Below are positions 59,230-64,000 of a stretch of DNA of 64,000 bases, piece by piece. Position numbers and translations under genes: made by a program. Below the pieces are notes generated by a model. That model did no database searches, had not been told where the DNA came from, and was given only the letters and a program-made list of their open reading frames with translations. The stretch is taken from contig OX597816.1 in assembly GCA_951406725.2 (NCBI GenBank), positions 71,300,001 through 71,364,000 of the forward strand. The letters are read 5' to 3'. The stretch comes from Octopus vulgaris. Taxonomy: Eukaryota. How positions within the stretch are numbered: position 1 is the first letter of the stretch; the number at the start of each line of letters is the position of its first letter.

Positions 59230-59343
59230 TTGTGTATATATGTATGTGTGTATATGTGTGTGTGTGTGTATATATATATATATGTGTATATGTGTGTGTA
59301 TATATATGTACGTGTGTATACATATATATATATATATGTATGG
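58966..59343. repeat. Tandem duplication (period 160) of a SINE 3' end plus (TA/TG)n tract
   Basis: About 75 identical nt at 58966 and 59126. Confidence 0.9.
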
Positions 59344-59693
59344 GTGTAATGAAATAGTTTCAGTGCTATGCACTAACCTCTTGGCCCTTGAGTCACTTTG
59401 TAACTTCAACTAATTAAAAATAATAAAACAATTTCTATATACTCATGTTTTGAGTTCTATTTTTTCCCCCTGTTTGTATTACTGAACCTGTGCATGTGTA
59501 TTCTAGTGCGATTTAACTTTGATTTTCATTACAAATAATCAGTATTTTTTAAAACTCCATGTGTATTCCTGTATATCCAGAGGGGAAACAGTAAGGGCAA
59601 CTTACAACGTCCGAGTGTCATTTGCTTGGACTCCACAGTTATGTAGGCCTCAGTGGACAAACAGAAAGTAAAACCAAATGGTCTGCTAGTATA

Positions 59694-59927
59694 TATTTCT
59701 TTACTACCCACAAGGGGCTAAACACAGAGGGGACAAACAAGGACAGACAAACAGATTAAGTCGATTACATCGACCCCAGTGCATAACTGATACTTAATTT
59801 ATCGACCCCGAAAGGATGAAAGGCAAAGTCGACCTCGGCAGAATTTGAACCCAGAACGTAATGGCAGACGAAATACGGCTATGCATTTTGCCCAGCGTGC
59901 TAACGTTTCTGCCAGCTCGCCACCTTT
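59694..59927 (-). mobile_element. Full-length tRNA-derived SINE with 15-bp TSD
   Basis: TSD tggtctgctagtata at 59679-93 and 59928-42; A/B-box-like head (gagctggcagaa, gggttcaaattc). Confidence 0.9.
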
Positions 59928-60138
59928 TGGTCTGCTAGTATAAACTAGTAGTACTTCCATCTTTACACATCACATGTTAATTGCATAATTTAATAGTCAC
60001 ATGACCACCAAACTGTTAGACTTGTAGGGCTCAACTGTTTTATACTTATGGATCCCTTTCGTTCCTATTTTATTCTACTGACCTACCGTAGCCATTCAAT
60101 GCTTTAAAAAAAACCTGCTGTATATTTATAATTGAATA

Positions 60139-60513
60139 TTGTTTTATTCTTTTATTTGTTTCAGTCGTTTGACTGCAGCTATGCTGGAGCACCGCCTTTA
60201 GTCGAGCAAATCGACCCCAGGACTTATTCTTTGTAAGCCTAGTACTTGTTCTATCAGTCTCTCTTGCCAAACCGCTAAGTTACGGGGACTTAAACTCTCC
60301 AGCATCGGTTGTCAAGCGATGTTGGGTGGACAGACAGACACACACACACATATACACAACGGGCTTCTTTCAGTTTCTGTCTACCAAATCCATTCACAAG
60401 GCTTTGGTCAGCCTAAGGCAATAGTAGAAGATACTTGCCCAAGGTGCCATGCAGTGGGACTGACCCCAGAGCTATGTGGTTGGTAAGCAAGCTACTTACC
60501 ACATAGCCACTCC
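60139..60513 (-). mobile_element. tRNA-derived SINE with 13-bp TSD inserted into a hAT-like MITE (about 60025-60630)
   Basis: TSD ttataattgaata at 60126-38 and 60514-26; host resembles 54522-55198. Confidence 0.85.
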
Positions 60514-61639
60514 TTATAATTGAATAGTATTAGGAATTGTATTAAAACATTGTTAAAATATTTGGTGTACTGTAGCCTATAAACTCTCTGGACCCCTAGA
60601 GGTCATATTAACCCCAGTTGAGACCCACTAAGTTTGGCTATTCTCTAGCTGTTTTATGTACGTATCTCGTAGTGTAATATAAATGTTTATTACATTAACC
60701 ATTTATGTATATCTTGTAGCACTAAGTTATGGCTCTCTCTCTCTGTGCAAGAAAAAGTATTCTGAACTCAGTACATGTGTAGAATGTATTTTATTTCAAG
60801 AATTAGGCTTCATCTTTACAGAGAGTCATTCTGTGTGTATGTTAGTCTTCCTACTCTGATTCTTCTATGGTTGACTTACTACACCTTACATACTGAATGC
60901 AAATGTGTGTGTATGTGTTTATCCAGCCAGGTAAAAGACTACACCACAGGTAGTAGTCTTCTACCTGGCCGGCTCGTGTCAAACTGTCCAACCTATGCCA
61001 GCATGGAAGATGGATGTTAAATGATGATGATGTGCGTGTGTGTGTACAGTCACTGTAGCATTTGACACATAATGATGCTTGTTTACTAAATAGTTCTGTA
61101 TGTTAAAATATATTTCATGTTTAAGACCTTGCAATATTCTTCAGAAAACGAGTTATGCTTCGAATATTAAATATACTTTCAAATCGTATGTGCATGTATG
61201 TCACATAAACCTGGATATAGACAAGTGGTAATGGAAAACAGCTGGCTTTCTTAGGTTTACACACACACACATTCTCTCTTTCTCTCTAAAAAAAATCAGC
61301 TTAGTCATAAAGTGACTTAGTCTTTATATTTGCCTTTTAACACTAGCTCATATGGTTAAATACAGAGCTGGTAACTCGGAAATGACTGCAAGTCTCTTTG
61401 GTCTGTTTTATTGTTATTGATAAAATATACAAAGTTCAAACAGGAGTAAATTTTATACTATGGTATTCTCTCTTCTTCCTCATGTCATAAAATTTATTTC
61501 ACTATTTGAATTTTTCATAGCTATTTGCTGATACAAGCCATCAGTAATTTCCTCAGAGTCATGGGAATCTATGCAATATCTAGTTTTACTAGATATTGTA
61601 TAAGTTCGTTCTGGCAATACGCTTTAGTGTATTTGCTGA

Positions 61640-62025
61640 GAGCAACAAGCTGGCCTTCGTGCCGATGGCACGTTAAGCACACCATTTGAGCGTGATCGTT
61701 ACTGCGTCGCCTTCCTGGCACTTGTGCTGGTGGCACGTGAAACATTCGAGCGAGGTCGTCGCCAGTGTCGCTGGACTGGCTCCTGTGCAGGTGGTACGTA
61801 AAAAGCACCATTTGAGCGTGGCCGTTGCCAGTACCACCAAACTAGCCCTCATGCCAGTGGCACGTAAAAGCACCCACTACACTCTCGGAGTGCTTGGTGT
61901 AAGAAGGGCATCCAGCTGTAGAAACTCTGCCAGATCAGATTGGAGTCTGGTTTGCTAGACCTGAGTCAAATCGTCTAACCCATGCTAGCATGGAAAGCGG
62001 ACGTTAAATGATGATGATGATGATG
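61640..62025 (+). mobile_element. RTE 3' UTR copy
   Basis: Modules plus constant tail. Confidence 0.8.
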
Positions 62026-62422
62026 AACCAGCCACCAACCTTTCATTTTTGTGGTCTGTTGTTATTTCTTCTGTGTCGTTATAATGTAATGTCTGTTTTC
62101 TGTGCTGGAATGGGTTGGATGTCTTGACTGGAACTGGCAAGGCCAGGGGCGACACATGATTCCATAGCCTGCATTGGCATGGTTTTTATGACTGAATACT
62201 CTTCCTAATGCCAACCACTTTACAGAATGTACCGGATGCTTTTTACTTGGTACCAGCCTCCAAACTAATGGTTATTTTACTTGGCACCTTGGTTGTATAT
62301 AAATCCTAGATAAATTATGTTGATGTACTGGGATTGAGAAATTTTGACTTTTACCATTGCCTGCAGCCTTTGCACAAACCTTCCTTTCTCTCTCACACAC
62401 ACAGGAATATAACAACTGTATA

Positions 62423-63115
62423 CAGGGTGGCCACAAAGTCACACACCATGGGAGATATCAAGTACGCTTTATTAGCAATGAAGTAGGTAATCCATTACAA
62501 ATCTTCTTAGTGTTGGCCATAAAGCTCTAAACAAGTGTTTATATGGAATTTGAAATTACGATGAACCCTCCCAAATAGCTCTTCATTGCCATTGACTTGT
62601 TCACATGCTTCAACAATTCTTTGAAGATGTCCTTGGTCACGAATCTTTAAAGAAAACCCAAAAGATTTAATGCAGCCCCAGAAGAAAAAGTCCACTGGTG
62701 ACCATGGTGCCCACTCAGTTGGGCCTGTGACACCCAAGTCATCTCCTTGGAAAATGTTCGTTCAGAAAATCACGAACCTGTAATGCATAATGGGGCAGAA
62801 TCCCATCCTGCTGAAATCAGACAGGATTTCCCCTTCCAAGTGAATGCTTGTGAAGCATCATCTTGTTGCCAAGCATGTCCACCTACGAATCACCTGTCTC
62901 AGAGCCCTCAAAATAAAATGGTCCAATTACTTGATTGGGCCAAATCCCACACCACACCATTACCTTGCTCCCACCTTGTTGATTACCTGCCTCCCTCCAA
63001 TGAGGATTGATTTGTGAGTAATATCGGCTGTTGTGAAAAGAGATAAAAAAAAAAAAGAGAGAATGTTAGCAATTTCCTATACTGCAGAATGATGTGTGAC
63101 TTTATGACCACCCTG
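62423..63115 (-). mobile_element. Internally deleted mariner-like transposon
   Basis: TA|cagggtggccacaaagtcacaca...tgtgtgactttatgaccaccctg|TA; remnant GPTEWAPWSP-VDFFFWGCIKS resembles WPPRSPDLxPxDFFLWG. Confidence 0.88.
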
Positions 63116-63269
63116 TACCTATAAATAAATGCATTGTTCTACTTTTTCTTTCTGCTCATCCATGAGGGAAAGTTTTACAAACTTCAGTGCATGTACATTC
63201 TAATTTATAGAATCTGGTGTACACAACCAAGTGTATAAAGTTCTGTGCATACTCATACGACATTAGCCA

Positions 63270-63707
63270 CCATGCGAGCGTGATCGTTACCCACTTAAAA
63301 GGCACCATTTGAGCATGATCGTTACCAGCATCGCCTTAAAGAGTACCATCCGAGCATGATTGTTGCCGGAGCAGCTATCTGGCCTCCGTGTCGGTGGCAC
63401 GTAAAAAACACCATTCGAGCGCGATCATTACCAGCATCGCCTTACTGTCACCTGTGCCGGTGGCATGTGTAAAAGATTCGAGCAAGGTTGTTGCCAGTAC
63501 TGCCTGACTAGCCCCATGCCTGTGGCATGTAAAAGCACCCACTACACTCTCGGAGTGGTTGGCGTTAGGAAGAGCATCCAGCTGTAGAAACTCTGCCAGA
63601 TCAAGATTGAAGCCTGGTGCAGCCATCTGGTTCGCCAGCCCTCAGTCATTCGTCCTACCCATGCTAGCATGGAAAGCGGACGTTAAACGATGATGATGAT
63701 GATGATG
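63270..63707 (+). mobile_element. RTE 3' UTR copy
   Basis: Modules plus constant tail plus (GAT)n. Confidence 0.8.
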
Positions 63708-64000
63708 ACTCTGCAGTCTTCATTTCAGACCTCCTTTCTTTGCTTTCAATAGCAACAACACAAATAGCAATGAGAATCTTTCTGTAATCTGTGTATTCTG
63801 ACACTGCTTGCTGGTCCACCCAGTACCAGCCTTCAGGTGTTGAATAACCACCGTTATAATATATCACACATAACACTTGTATCAGTTTGTGCTGGTCACT
63901 CCTGTCACTTGGTCATTTAGTCTTGAAATCTAATATTTGAAGGTGTGAACATTTTGATGTTCTAAGCTGTTGAGAAGTTTGGTAAAGAACATTTTGCTCA

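Overview
AT-rich, microsatellite- and transposon-dense animal genomic DNA. The repeat families suggest an octopod cephalopod (Octopus); this is an inference. The window is dominated by one + strand gene, nischarin (NISCH/IRAS; PX domain, LRRs, coiled coil, C-terminal conserved region). I could thread 16 GT-AG coding exons with consistent phases from 5008 to the stop at 52143 (4920 nt, 1639 codons plus stop). The ATG-bearing first exon was not found and probably lies upstream. The introns and 3' flank hold 5'-truncated RTE LINE tails, CR1/L2 remnants, three tRNA-derived SINE families, Tc1/mariner, piggyBac, hAT and Helentron-type elements, and a 27-bp minisatellite. The most unusual signal is a set of five long fold-back (inverted-repeat) elements, each sitting in or against (TA)n tracts inside NISCH introns. 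One carries a complete minimal type-I hammerhead ribozyme motif on the pre-mRNA strand (48726-48763), and decayed hammerhead motifs occur elsewhere, consistent with Penelope-like/retrozyme remnants. NISCH also has a long Ser/Thr-rich exon with a (TACTSS)10 coding repeat.
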